Below, piece after piece: positions 1-11,182 of a stretch of 64,000 bases of DNA (its first letter is position 1; each line of letters starts with the position of its first letter). The stretch lies in contig CAVOMZ010000016.1 of NCBI GenBank assembly GCA_963697135.1, positions 152,801 to 216,800 of the forward strand, written 5' to 3'. The DNA is from an uncultured Chloroflexia bacterium (lineage in GTDB: Bacteria; Chloroflexota; Limnocylindria; Limnocylindrales; CSP1-4). The position numbers and the translations under genes are program-made. The notes below the pieces were generated by a model that made no database searches, was not told the DNA's origin, and was given only the letters and a program-made list of their open reading frames with translations.

Positions 1-150
1 GCGATGCTTGTTGCCCACGCCGAATCGCTTCGTGACGTGGTCGACCAGCAGGGCCGGGATCGTCTGCCTGATCAAGCGTGGCCGGAGCAAGGGCCGGCCG
101 AGTCGGCGGGATCGAGCCTATTCAGTTGTTGGTTCGGTGATCGTGGTCAT
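1..150 (-). CDS. N-terminal fragment of a probable ABC transporter ATP-binding protein (runs off window; frameshifted)
   Basis: Minus strand ATG at 150 (MTTITEPTTE). After a frame change it reads IPALLVDHVTKRFGVGNKHR, typical of the ABC ATPase N-terminal 'L.V..V.K.FG' strand. Confidence 0.5.
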
Positions 151-208
151 CAACGGGCTCCGAGGTGGGAGGCTGGCTGGGGATCCGAGGCGGACCCGTG
201 AATCACAA

Positions 209-256
209 GAGCCGCGGATCGGCAACGACGTCATCGCGTCGGCGGTCTCGCGGCTC
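209..256 (-). promoter_or_regulatory. Second hairpin in the ABC-gene leader
   Basis: GAGCCGCG (209-216) pairs with CGCGGCTC (249-256), followed by TTGTGATT on the minus strand. Confidence 0.4.
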
Positions 257-278
257 GGCCAGCCAGCTGGCTGGCAAC

Positions 279-309
279 AAAAAACCGTGCGACCGATTCC
301 GGCCCACGG
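279..309 (-). terminator. Intrinsic terminator (attenuator) in the leader
   Basis: Minus strand CCGTGGGCCGGAATCGGTCGCACGG hairpin followed by TTTTTT. Confidence 0.7.
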
Positions 310-347
310 CTCGAGGTGCTCCTGGCGGCCACTGGCCGCCGGTGGAT

Positions 348-428
348 CTACGAGATGGGCAGGAACGTCCCGCGAACAGCGCCCAGGAAGACGCTGGTCG
401 AAGCGATGCTGCGGACGTCGTTGTTCAT
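348..428 (-). CDS. Putative 26-aa leader peptide MNNDVRSIASTSVFLGAVRGTFLPIS
   Basis: Strong SD (GGAGGAGG) just upstream of the ATG. The stop lies ~40 nt before the terminator hairpin. Confidence 0.55.
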   Translation of the reverse strand: MNNDVRSIASTSVFLGAVRGTFLPIS

Positions 429-867
429 GCGCGACGCCTCCTCCAATCGCGATCTGCACGGGTACCCAGCGGGTACCTGGGCAGGATAGGACGGCCGGCG
501 CGCTCCGTCAAGCCCTGATCTGCCCGGACAGGTGGATAGTTGCGGAGGCACTTGGGGCAGCTGGACTGTTCGGTCCTGTTCGAGCCGCTCTAGAGTTTGC
601 GGCCTGGCATCCCCAGTGCTACTCGGCAGGATTCGGGCCCAAAGGACGCGACGTGGCAGTCGGCCCCATCAGCCGGGCGAGCGTGGAATGGGCCGGATCG
701 GCTCGCCTCTATGCGGCCCTGCTGGCTTCCGGAATGGAGGCCGGGCCGAGTCTCCGCTGAAGAGCAGTGTGGCCGCCAGCTGGCACAAACGGCCGTTTCG
801 CTGCGTGGGCTTGTCACACCCGGCGCGCTTCGGGACTCGATTCGCGCGAGGCCCTAGACTGCCGCCG

Positions 868-2575
868 GTGAACACGCCCGGTACCGCGCCTCCGATCGAG
901 CAGCCCGAGCCGAGGCCCGTCCGCGCGACCCCGCCGACGATCGGGAGCGGCCGAGGTAGACCGGCGCCCCATCCTGGAGCGCGTCCGCGAGCCAGGCCTG
1001 CTCGTGCCTCTCATCAGCGGCTGGGGGGTCTCGCGATCTATTCCCAGACCTTCATGCCGGGGATTGGGTTCGGCGACTGGGGTGAGATGACGACCGTCCC
1101 GCACGTCCTGGGCGTCGCCCATCCGACGGGCTATCCGACCTACATCGTCCTGGCCTGGCTGGCCGAGCTCGTGCCGATCGGCTCGATCGCCTTCCGGGCC
1201 AACCTGCTCTCGGCGGTGTACGTCGCCCTGACCCTCGCCACCCTCAGCCTGATCTCGCTTCGACTCGGCGTCCGGCCGCTGCTGGCGGTCGTCGGTGCGA
1301 TTGACCGTCGGCCTGATCGGGACCGTCTGGATCGCCGCCGACGTGTCCGAGGTGAACCCACTCCACCTCCTGTTCGTGGCCCTGATCGATCCACCGGGCC
1401 CTGGTCTGGGCCGACCGGCGGCGAACCCGGGACCTCGTGATCGGCGGGCTGCTGACCGGGCTGGCCCTGGGCAACCACCTGCTGATGCTGTTCGTGGTTC
1501 CGTTCGTCGTTTTGTTCATCCTGTGGGCCGGTCGGCGCGAGCTGCTTGCCCGGCCGTGGATCCTCCTGGCGGGCGCCGGGGCCGGCGCTCTGGGCCTGAC
1601 CGTCTACCTCTACATCCCGCTTGCCGCGATGGGCAATCCGCCCCTGCCGTACAACCATCCGACGACGCTCGACGGCGTGATCTGGCTGGTGAGCGGCACC
1701 CAGTTCCGGGGCCAGTTCGACTTCCTGGCGGGCGACGGGCCGGGCGACTTCGTGGCGGCCCTGCCCGACCTGTGGTCGCTGATGCATGGCCCGGGCGACG
1801 ATCGTCGTCCCGATGTCGGCGCCATCGGCCTTGCCCGGCTGCTCTGGCGACGGCCGGCGTTCGGCCTGATGTGCATCGGGATCATGGTCACCACGACCTA
1901 CATCTGGGCGAACTACCTCGAGCTCGAGCACTACCTGCTGGTGCCCTGGCTCGTCCTCGGGGATGGGCTTCTCGATGGGTCTCGAGGGCCTGGCCCGGGC
2001 CCTCGGCTGGGGCGTGGCCGGCGGTCGCGGAACCGATGGCCGGCGGGAGCGGGCGAACCGGCCGAGCCGGCCGCGCGCGCCGGGGAGGCCGAGCAGGTCC
2101 GCCTGGCCAGCGGCGCCGTGATCGGCGTGCTCGGCCTGGTCTTCGTGCTCGTGCTGGGCAGCCTGAACTGGGCGATCGAACGACCTGAGCGCGAACACGT
2201 CCGGGGCCGGACTACGTCAACGCCGTGTTCTAGGCCCTGCCCCACAACGCGGCGATCCTGTCCTACTGGGATGCGTCGACGCCGCTGTGGTACGGCCAGC
2301 ATGTCGAAGGCCTTCGGCCCGATGTCCTGATCGTCGACGACACGAACATCGTCTACGAGAACTGGGGCACGCGCGAGGCGCGGATCGCCTCACTGATCTG
2401 CAGCCGGCCGGTCTTCATCCTGCGCCTCGACCCACGTGATCTGGAGCCGACCCGGGCCGACTACAAGCTCGACCCATTCCTGGCGGTGACCGTCGCGGCG
2501 GGCGGTCCGACCGCCGATGTCATGGGCGAGATCTACCAGGTCCATCCGATCGACCCGGCGACCTGCCCGGGCTGA
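868..2575 (+). CDS. DUF2723 / TMEM260-like GT-C membrane glycosyltransferase (frameshifted)
   Basis: Motifs GDWGEM, LGVAHPTGYPTY, AFRANLLSA, GLALGNH and YLYIPL, plus many TM segments across ORFs 532-1440 and 1437-2330 and a downstream frame ending at TGA 2575. Confidence 0.8.
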
Positions 2576-2813
2576 TCTCGATCGGGTGACCTGCCGGTTG
2601 GCGAATGGCCGGGTGAGCCGGCGCGAACGGCGAATCGCTCAGCCGTTGATCGACCGGTGAGCCGCGCTGGCTAAGGTCGCGGGGCGGCTGTTCGGCGGCA
2701 CGATGACGGCCCGGAGGTCCCGGCCGCAGATCGTGCGGCTCGCGCAGGCCCGGGTTCCGCCGGCTCGCCTTCGCCTGCGCGCCGGCGAGGACGACCGCAG
2801 CAGGAGCTGTGCG

Positions 2814-3521
2814 ATGGTCCTCAATCTCCCTCGCCCCCGGTTCAGCCGGGCCGGTCCGGGCTCGCCACCGGGGCTGGCCTGGTCCTCAGCCTCGTTCTCG
2901 GGCTCGCGCCAGGCCGGGCCGGTCGCCGCCGCGGATCCGGCCGCGATGTCGTCGGAGGCGAAGGCGACCGCGGGGCTGGTCGCCCGGCTCGCCGCCGCGC
3001 CCGACCCTGCCCGCCTGTTCCGCAGCCTGCCGTCGGCAGATCAGCACTCGGTGACGGGCTACCTGTCGGCCAGCCGGTTCACCTCCAGCCAGCAGCTCGG
3101 CCGGCGGACCAGCGGAGGGACCGCGACGACGCAGGCGCCCGGGCAGGCGCCGCTGCGTCGCTCAGCGGCGCACGGCCGGTGCCGGCTGCTGGACCTGGAA
3201 GTGGGAGCGCGACGCCTACAACCTGATCGGCCTGAAGCTGTGGGCCTACTACCAGGAGATCGACTGGTGCGACGACGGCCTGACGTGATCCTCGGCAGCC
3301 CCCAGGTCCTGAGCTACGGCGCGACGTGGTTCCCGTTCTGGACCTGGGTCCATGCGGGCGACCGGGCCTGGGGAGGCTCCGGCCAGGCGACCTTTCGGGC
3401 CTGGACCCAGGCGGACTTCAGCCTCTGCCTGACCCCCAACATCGGCTGCATCCAGAGCACGTATCCCTGGCTCGACATGACGGCCCATGCCAACGGCACG
3501 GGGACCGGCTCAGCGGGTTGA
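2814..3521 (+). CDS. Hypothetical secreted protein (frameshifted)
   Basis: AGGAG SD and a signal-like N-terminus. C-terminal Trp/Cys-rich region WTQADFSLCLTPNIGCIQSTYPWL. Confidence 0.5.
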   Translation: MVLNLPRPRFSRAGPGSPPGLAWSSASFSGSRQAGPVAAADPAAMSSEAKATAGLVARLAAAPDPARLFRSLPSADQHSVTGYLSASRFTSSQQLGRRTSGGTATTQAPGQAPLRRSAAHGRCRLLDLEVGARRLQPDRPEAVGLLPGDRLVRRRPDVILGSPQVLSYGATWFPFWTWVHAGDRAWGGSGQATFRAWTQADFSLCLTPNIGCIQSTYPWLDMTAHANGTGTGSAG

Positions 3522-4772
3522 TCAGGCGGCCGAGATCCGCCGGGCCGAATCGGCCGGGCCGTGGTCCGCCGCCACGACCTGGTTTCGGCCGCCGTCCTTG
3601 GCCCGGTAGAGCGCCTCGTCGGCCTGGCTCAGCCACTGGTCGTCGGTCAGGACGAGCTCCTCCGGGCCGATCAGGCCCACCCCAAGGCTGATCGTCACGA
3701 TCCCGTGGGGGGCATTCTCGGCCAGGGGGATCGCCAGGCCGGCGACCGTCGCTCGAAGCCGCTCGGCGGCCGCCATCAGGCCGTCCCAGGTCGCGACGTG
3801 GAGGATGACCAGGAACTCCTCGCCGCCCATCCGGTAGATCGCGTCCTCGGCCCGGAGGGCCTGCTGGATCGTCGCGACCAGCCGTCGCAGGACCTCGTCG
3901 CCGGCCTGGTGGCCGGATCGGTCGTTGACCGCCTTGAACCGATCGATGTCGATCGCGACGAGGCCGTAGGTCATCGACGAGCGGTTGATGTGGGCCCGCA
4001 CGGCCCGCAGGTCCTCGTCCAGGCGGCGCCGGTTGCCGGCCCCGGTCAGGGGATCGATCCGGGCGGTCAGCTCGAGGGCATGGTGGACCCGCTCGAGCTC
4101 GAGCATGTCGGCGTCGGCCCGCCGGCGGAGGGCCCGGATCTTCTCGAGCTGGGCAAAGCTCCGGATCTGGGCCGCCTTGAGCAGGACATGGCCGGCAAAG
4201 CTGGCGCCGAGGGCGACGACCAGGACGACGACGAGGTCGCCCCGTTCGTCGGGCGAGAAGCGGGTGCTGGGGTCGAGGGCCAGGTAGCCGAATCGAGATC
4301 AGGGCATAGCCCAGGAGCCACCAGGCGTGAACCCGGGTTCGCCAGGGCAGGACCAGGGCGATCAGGCCGGGCATGACGAGCAGGTAGCCGACGGTCTCGG
4401 CCGCCAGGGCCGGCACGGCCACCCCGGTGGCGACGGTCGAGGCGGCCAGGGACAGGCTGATCGCGGCGGCCACCAGCTCGGGCCGCTGGCGCAGGTCGCG
4501 GGGCAGGTACCACCAGGCGCCGATCACCATCGCCAGCATCGCGACGTCGGTGGCCAGGGCGAAGCCGACCGCGGCGGCCTGCAGGTCGAACAGGGCAGCG
4601 CATCGAAGGCGACCGCCAGGGCGATCACGGCACTGCCCGCCCGGGTGGCCGTCCGGGTCCGGCGGCGCTCGAGCGCCCGGAACCTCGGGCTGCCGCCCAC
4701 CTGGACGTACTCGCTCGATCGGAACCGCCGTGGGGCCGACGCCAGCCACGTCACGGCTGTCCGGACGTTCAT
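3522..4772 (-). CDS. Membrane-anchored diguanylate cyclase (frameshifted)
   Basis: DPLTGAGNRR, DIDRFKAVND..GHQAGD, RMGGEEF and ADEALYRAKDGGRNQV; hydrophobic N-terminal part. Confidence 0.9.
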
Positions 4773-4980
4773 CGATCCGACTCTAGCCGGTGACTCCGGC
4801 GGTGTCCAGACGGACAATGGTCATGGCGGGCGAGGTCGGCCGACCCGCCGGCTGCCTGGCAACACCGTGGCTCGCGCCCGCGGGCCGGTCGGGCGCCTCC
4901 GTTTGACGCTCGTTCGACGCGGTCCTAGGCTGGATCGACCGAGCCGACCGCCCAGCCCATCTTTCGATTCCGGAGCCTTC

Positions 4981-5720
4981 GTGGACGATCGACCTGCACC
5001 AGGCGCCAGTTCGGCAACGGGGACCCTGGCGCGAGCCGCGATTTCCGGCCGCCCGATCCCGCCGTCGATCACCGGCTGGATTCGGGCCGGGACGCTCGAT
5101 GCCGAGCTGGCCGCCCTCGTCTCGGTCCTGATGGAGCACGGCCTGCCGCTCGTCGTGGCCGCCCCAGGCGCGGCCGCGGCCAGCGGCTGGGCAGGGGCCG
5201 AGGTCCGCGAGGCGCTCGGGCTGGCCCTGCTGACCTGCAGCCCTGCCACCCCAGCCCGCCATCCGGGCCCAGGCCCCGGTGACGGTCGATGCCGCCTCGC
5301 TCGAGGAGGTCCTCGCCCGGATCCCGACCCTCAGTCTCGAAGCGGCCGACGAGACGGGCGCCCGCGTGGCGATCGTCGTCGTCCTCGAGGCCGACCTCGA
5401 GGCCGATGCCTGGCGGATCGGCGCGGCCCACCTCCTGCGGCCGCCCCTGCGAGACGGCCACGGCCATCTCCAGCGCCAGGGACCGGCGGTCCTCGCGACC
5501 TGGGACGGCCAGTCCGGCACCTACCAGCACTTCGCCTGGGGGGTCATGCCCGAGCTGGCCCTGCTGGCCCAGCGTTCGGGCCGGCGATCTCGAGGCTGAG
5601 ATCGATCAGGGCGTCGATCTCCTGGCCGGCCTGGTCGCCCATGAGATCGATGATCCGGGCGCGATCCGCCTGGCGATCGAGGCCGCCCGGACCGATCCGG
5701 CAGCCGGCCAGCGTCATTAG
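4981..5720 (+). CDS. Hypothetical protein, weakly resembling a degenerate VirB11/CpaF-type ATPase core (frameshifted)
   Basis: SITGWIRAGTLDAELAALVSVLMEHGLPLVVA resembles the segment preceding Walker A in secretion ATPases, but no GxxxxGKT follows. Confidence 0.4.
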
Positions 5721-5745
5721 CACCGATTCGCGATTCGAGGTCCCG

Positions 5746-7299
5746 ATGCCAGCTCCCAGGCACAACCCGTCAACGGACCAATCGTCACCGGCCCGGGCCG
5801 CTCGGGTCCGACGCTTCCAACGGACCCGCCGATGGCGGCCCGCCCGCGCCGGCACGATCGGCGAGCTGCGCGCCTCGGGCTGGCGTTCCCGCTCGGTCAA
5901 GGCCGAGCTCCGCTCGAACCTGCTGACCCGCCTGGGCGAGGGCGCGGCCGTCTTCCCGGGTGTCGTCGGCTACGCCGACTCGGTCCTGCCGGCGGTCGAG
6001 AACGCGATCCTGGCCGGCCAGGACCTCGTCTTCCTCGGCGAGCGAGGCCAGGGCAAGACCCGCCTGGCCCGTCTCCTCGTCGGCCTGCTCGATCCGTGGC
6101 TGCCGGTGGTCGCCGGGGGCGAGCTCAACGACGACCCGTTCGGTCCGATCAGCCCGGCTGCCCGGGCCCTCGTCGCCGAAGGCGGCGAGGAGACGCCGAT
6201 CGGCTGGCTGCCCCGTGACCGGCGCTACGGCGAGAAGCTGGCCACCCCGGACATCACGATCGCCGACCTGATCGGCGAGGTCGACCCGATCCGGGTCGCC
6301 GAGGGGCGCTACCTGTCCGACGAGCTCGTCCTCCATTTCGGCTTGATCCCGCGCTCGAACCGGGGCATCTTCGCGATCAACGAGCTGCCCGACCTCGCCG
6401 AGCGGATCCAGGTCGGCCTGCTGAACATCCTCGAGGAGCGCGACGTCCAGCTCCGCGGCTTCGTGATCCGGCTCCCGCTCGACCTGTTCGTCGTGGCCAG
6501 CGCGAACCCGGAGGACTACACCAGCCGGGGCCGGATCATCACTCCCCTCAAGGACCGCCTGGGCTCCCAGATCCGGACCCACTACCCACGCTCGCTGGCC
6601 GACGAGATCTCGATCATGCGCCAGGAGCGGTTCGTGTTCCCGCCCGAGGAGGGCGTCCCGGCCGTCCACGTGCCGGCCTTCATCGAGGAGATCGTGGCCG
6701 AGCTGAGCCATCTCGCCCGGCGTTCGGGCGAGATCAGCCAGCGCTCGGGGGTGAGCGTCCGGGTCTCGATCGCCAACCTCGAAGTCCTCGAGGCCGCCGC
6801 CCTGAAGCGAGCGGTCCGGCTGGCCGAGGCAGCCGGGGCGCCGCGGATCAGCGACCTCGGGGCGCTCGTGGCCTCGACGGCCGGCAAGATCGAGCTCGAA
6901 GGCGCCGGCGAGGAATCGCCCGAGGACCGGATCGTCGAGCGGCTGATCACGAAGTCGGTCTACGCGACCTTCAACCGGCTGGTCGACGTCGACGAGCTCG
7001 ACCCGGTCGTGGAGGCGTTCGAGCGGGGCCTGACCCTCGAGACCGGCGACCAGGTTCGGTCGAACGAATACGTTCGCTGGGTCGCCGAGGTGCCCGGGCT
7101 GGCCGATGCCGTCCAGCGGACCGGGGTCCTGGCCGAGGCCGCGGCAGGCGGCGCCGGGGGATCCCGGGCGGCGACGCTCGGCCCGCAGGCCGAGGCCGCC
7201 CTGGTCGCCTCGACCGTCGAATTCCTGCTCGAGGGCCTCCACCTGGCCCGCCGCCTGAACAAGGAGCGGGTCGGCGGGCTGGTCTCGTACCGGCGATGA
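5746..7299 (+). CDS. Mg-chelatase ChlI-like AAA+ ATPase (Rv0958-type)
   Basis: Walker A GERGQGKT, EKLATPD..IADLIGEVDP, FAINELPDLAERIQVGLLNILEERD and ANPEDYTSRGRIITPLKDR. Confidence 0.9.
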   Translation: MPAPRHNPSTDQSSPARAARVRRFQRTRRWRPARAGTIGELRASGWRSRSVKAELRSNLLTRLGEGAAVFPGVVGYADSVLPAVENAILAGQDLVFLGERGQGKTRLARLLVGLLDPWLPVVAGGELNDDPFGPISPAARALVAEGGEETPIGWLPRDRRYGEKLATPDITIADLIGEVDPIRVAEGRYLSDELVLHFGLIPRSNRGIFAINELPDLAERIQVGLLNILEERDVQLRGFVIRLPLDLFVVASANPEDYTSRGRIITPLKDRLGSQIRTHYPRSLADEISIMRQERFVFPPEEGVPAVHVPAFIEEIVAELSHLARRSGEISQRSGVSVRVSIANLEVLEAAALKRAVRLAEAAGAPRISDLGALVASTAGKIELEGAGEESPEDRIVERLITKSVYATFNRLVDVDELDPVVEAFERGLTLETGDQVRSNEYVRWVAEVPGLADAVQRTGVLAEAAAGGAGGSRAATLGPQAEAALVASTVEFLLEGLHLARRLNKERVGGLVSYRR

Positions 7300-9605
7300 G
7301 CGGCAGATCGCCGGACCGACGATGAGCCACTGGTCGCCGGATCGGCGCGACCTCGACGAGGCCCGGCTGGGCGCCCGTCCGTCGGGTCCCGCCTCGGGTG
7401 GAGGGTCGGGCGGATCGCGCGACGGGGCGGGGGAGCGCGCCGGGGACGAGGAGCGGGCCGCCACGGGCGGCCCCTCGAGCCCCGCGGGTCCGTTCGCCCG
7501 GCATGCCCGGTTCGGCCGCTGGGACGGCAGCCAGCAGGTCGCCGACCTCTCGGCCGACGAGATCATCTCGGCCCTGGCCGATGACATGATGGCCGACGGC
7601 GACCTGGGTGAGGCCCTCCGCCGGCTGCTCGAGCGCGGCTGGCGCTCGTCCGATCCGAGCCGGCCCAGCCTGCCGGGCCTGGAGGCCCTGCGCGAGCGAC
7701 TGCGCGCCCGGCGCGACGAGCTGCTCGACCGCTACCGGCTGGGCGACGTCCTGGCCGATGTCCGGGCCGAGCTCGAGCAGGTCATCGAGACCGAGCGGGA
7801 CGGGATCGATCGGCGACTGGCCGGCACGGCCGACTCGACGGGCCGGAGCGTCCCGGGGCTCGGCCACCGAGATGCCCGGGACCGATCCAGGCCCGGCCAA
7901 ACCGGCCGCCTCCGGATCGGACGCCCTGAACGACCTGCTCAGGGACACGATCGCCCGGCGGCTCGATCGCCTCGATGCCCTGCCTGAGGACCTCGGCGAC
8001 CGGATCCGGGCGCTCGAGGAGTACGACTTCCTCGAACCTGCCGCTCGCGAGCGATTCGAGGCGATGGTCGAGCGCCTCCGCCGATCCGTCCTCGATCGCT
8101 ACGCCGCGGGCATGGCCGACGCGGTCCGGGGAATGAGCCCGGAGGACCTGGCCGCGAACCGCGAGATGGTTCGCGACCTCGACCAGCTCCTCCAGCAGCA
8201 GCTCGCCGGCGAGGAGCCCGATCCGGCCGAGTTCCTCGCCCGTCACGGCGCGTTCTTCCCGGGAGCGAAGACGGTCCAGGACATCATCGACCAGCTGGCC
8301 GAGCGGATGGCCGCAATGCAGTCGCTCCTCCGCTCGATGACCCCGGAACAGCGCTCCGAGCTGAACTCCCTGATCGACGGGTTGCTCCGCGACGATCGCC
8401 TGCGCTGGGACCTGGCCCAGCTTGCGGCGACCCTCGACCAGCTCCTGCCCGATGGCCTGGGCGACCGATTCCGCTTCGGCGGACAGGAGGAGCTCGGCCT
8501 CGAAGGGGCGCTCGGCCAGCTCGAGACGCTCGGCCGGCTCGAGTCGCTCGAGGCCGGGCTGGCTGACATCGACGGGCCGGCCGGCCTCGGCCGGATCGAC
8601 CGGGCCGGCCTGGCCGAGCTGCTCGACGAGGAGGCGGCCCGCGACCTCGACGGGCTCGACCAGCTGGCCGAGCGGCTCGAAGCGGCGGGCTACCTGACCG
8701 GAGACGCCGACCACCTCGAGCTGACCCCGCGGGGCAGTCGCCGGATCGGCCAGCAGGTCCTCGACGACCTCTTCGCCCGGCTCCGGCGGGACGCCTTCGG
8801 GGAGCACCGGGTCGACCGGCAGGGGCGGAGCGGGGAGCGGACGGAGGGCACGAAGCCGTTCGAGTTTGGCGACCCGTTCGACCTCGACCTGCGCGAGACC
8901 CTGTCGAACGCCCTGGCCAGGCCCGAGAATGCGCCCGCCCGGATCGGCTCCCCGAGACCATCGGGGCCCCGGCCGATCCGGCTTTCGGCGGACGACTTTG
9001 CCGTCCATCGGACCGAGGAGTCGACCCGCACGGCCACGGTCCTGCTCGTCGACATGAGCCGCTCGATGCTCCTGCGGGGATGTTTCGTGGCCGCCAAGAA
9101 AGTCGCCGTGGCGCTCGACACCCTGATCCGGACCCAGTACCCGCGGGACGAGCTGACCGTGATCGGCTTCGCCTACTACGCCCGCGAGATCAAGCGGGGG
9201 ACGCTGCCCGAGCTTTCCTGGCATGGCTACGAGTACGGAACGAACCTCCAGCACGGGCTGCTCCTGGCCCGTCGGATCCTGGCCCGGACCGGCTCGGCCA
9301 ATCGCCAGGTGGTGGTCATCACCGACGGCGAGCCGACGGCCCATTTCGAGAATGGCCAGGTCGAGTTCAACTACCCCCCGACGCGCCAGACGATCCAGGC
9401 CACCCTGCGCGAGGTCGAGCGCTGTACGAAGGCCGGGATCACGATCAACACGTTCATGCTCGAGCGGTCGAGGGCCCTGACCGACTTCGTCGCCCATATC
9501 ACCCGGCTGAACCACGGCCGGGCGTTCTTCGCCGAGCCGGAGCACCTGGGCGAGTACGTCCTGGTCGACTTCGTCCGGGGCCGGACGGCCCACCGGCGCA
9601 ACTGA
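7296..9605 (+). CDS. VWA domain protein, partner of the AAA+ ATPase (frameshift near 7870)
   Basis: N-terminal RFGRWDGSQ, MIDAS motif LLVDMSRSM, TNLQHGL and VITDGEPTAH. Confidence 0.85.
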
Positions 9606-9706
9606 CGGTCCACTCCGCTTGGCGACGCGACCTGCCGGCCGCCGGCCCGCGTTACCGCCGGCGACTAGAATTCGGCGGCCAGCGCCGATCCTTCATGAGG
9701 TTTGTC

Positions 9707-11182
9707 ATGCCCAGCGTCGCTACCTCGATCCCCGAGCTCCTCGGCCTCCTCGGCCCGTCTGCGAGCGTAGTCCGACGGCCGGCTCGTGATCTCGGACGAG
9801 GCGGCCTTCCGGGCGACGACGATTCGGGACCTGGCCTGGACGGCCGCCTTCAGCGCCGACGATCCGACGGTCGAGGCGGCGCGCTGGCTCGTCTGGGAGG
9901 CGAGCCTCGAGCTCGGGCGCCCATTCGGCCAGCATCCAGGACCTGTACCTCGCCCGATCGCGGGGCGAGGTCCATGGCTTCACCGTCCCGGCGATCAACC
10001 TGCGCGCCCAGACGTTCGACATGGCCCGGACGATCTTCGAGACGGCCGAGGCGGGCGGCGTCGGGGCCCTGATCCTCGAGCTGGCCCGGAGCGAGCAGAC
10101 GTACACCTACCAACGGCCGGCCGAGTACGCGACGAGCGTCCTGGCCGGGGCGATCGCGGCGAACTGGCAGCATCCGGTCTTCATCCAGGGCGACCACTAC
10201 CAGTTCAATGCGGCGAAGTATCAGGCCGATCCCGAGAAGATGACCGAGGAGATTCGGGGCGCCTGCCGACAGGCGATCGCGGTCGGCTACCGGAACATCG
10301 ACATCGACAGCTCGACCCTGGTCGACCTCAGCCAGCCGAACGTCGATCTCGAGCAGCGCCAGAACTACGAGCGGGCGGCGGAGCTGACGGCCCTGATCCG
10401 CGAGCTCGAGCCGGCCGGGATCACGATCAGCGTCGGCGGCGAGATCGGCGAGGTCGGCAAGCAGAACTCGACCGAGCCCGAGCTGCGGGCCTACCTCGAT
10501 GGCTTCCGGGCCGAGCTCGAGCGACGCTCGCCAGGCGCGACCGGGATCAGCAAGGTCAGCCTCCAGACCGGCACGAGCCACGGCGGCGTGCCGCTGCCAG
10601 ACGGCTCGATCGCCGCCGTCAAGCTCGACTTCGAGGTGATCCGGCGGCTCGGCGAGGTCGCCCGCGAGTACGGCCTGGCCGGGGCGGTCCAGCACGGCGC
10701 GAGCACCCTGCCCGACGAGCTGTTCCATCACTTCCCGGCGGTCGAGGCGGCCGAGATCCACCTCGCGACCGGCTTCCAGAACGCCCTCTTCGACAACCCG
10801 GCCTTCCCGGCCGAGCTGCTCAAGGCGATCGACGCCTGGTGCTACTCCGATGCCGCCGACGAGCGCAAGCCCGGCCAGACCGACGAGCAGTTCGTGTACA
10901 CGACCCGCAAGAAGGCGATCGGGCCGTTCAAGCGGGAGCTGTGGGACCTGCCCGAGAAGGACCAGATCCTGGCCGACCAGGCGGCCAAGATCGGCTTCCT
11001 GTTCAAGGAGCTGGCGGTGGAGCGAGACGCGCCCGATGGTCGATCGCTACATCAAGCCGGTCGTCCACCATCGGCCGGCCCCGGACTCGATCCGCGAGGC
11101 GGTGAGCCGCGAGCTGACCCCGCGCGCCCTGCCGGTCCCGCTGTCGGCCCGCGCCCGCCCCGAGCTCGGCAGATTCCGCTGA
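9707..11182 (+). CDS. Class II fructose-bisphosphate aldolase family protein (frameshifted; end approximate)
   Basis: FIQGDHYQ, NIDIDSSTL, VGGEIGEVG, QTGTSHGG, VQHGASTLP and EIHLATGFQ. Confidence 0.8.

Noticed and set aside
2580-2810. Possible c-di-GMP or c-di-AMP riboswitch near the GGDEF gene
   Set aside because: GC-rich hairpins only; no recognisable consensus motifs.
4327-7299. 990-aa ORF as one protein
   Set aside because: It is a read-through chimera in GC-rich DNA. The real AAA+ gene starts near 5746, and the upstream part overlaps the GGDEF gene on the opposite strand.
5746-7299. Chlorophyll or cobalamin chelatase function
   Set aside because: No ChlH/CobN or pigment genes nearby. 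It matches the generic AAA+/VWA chaperone-type pair.
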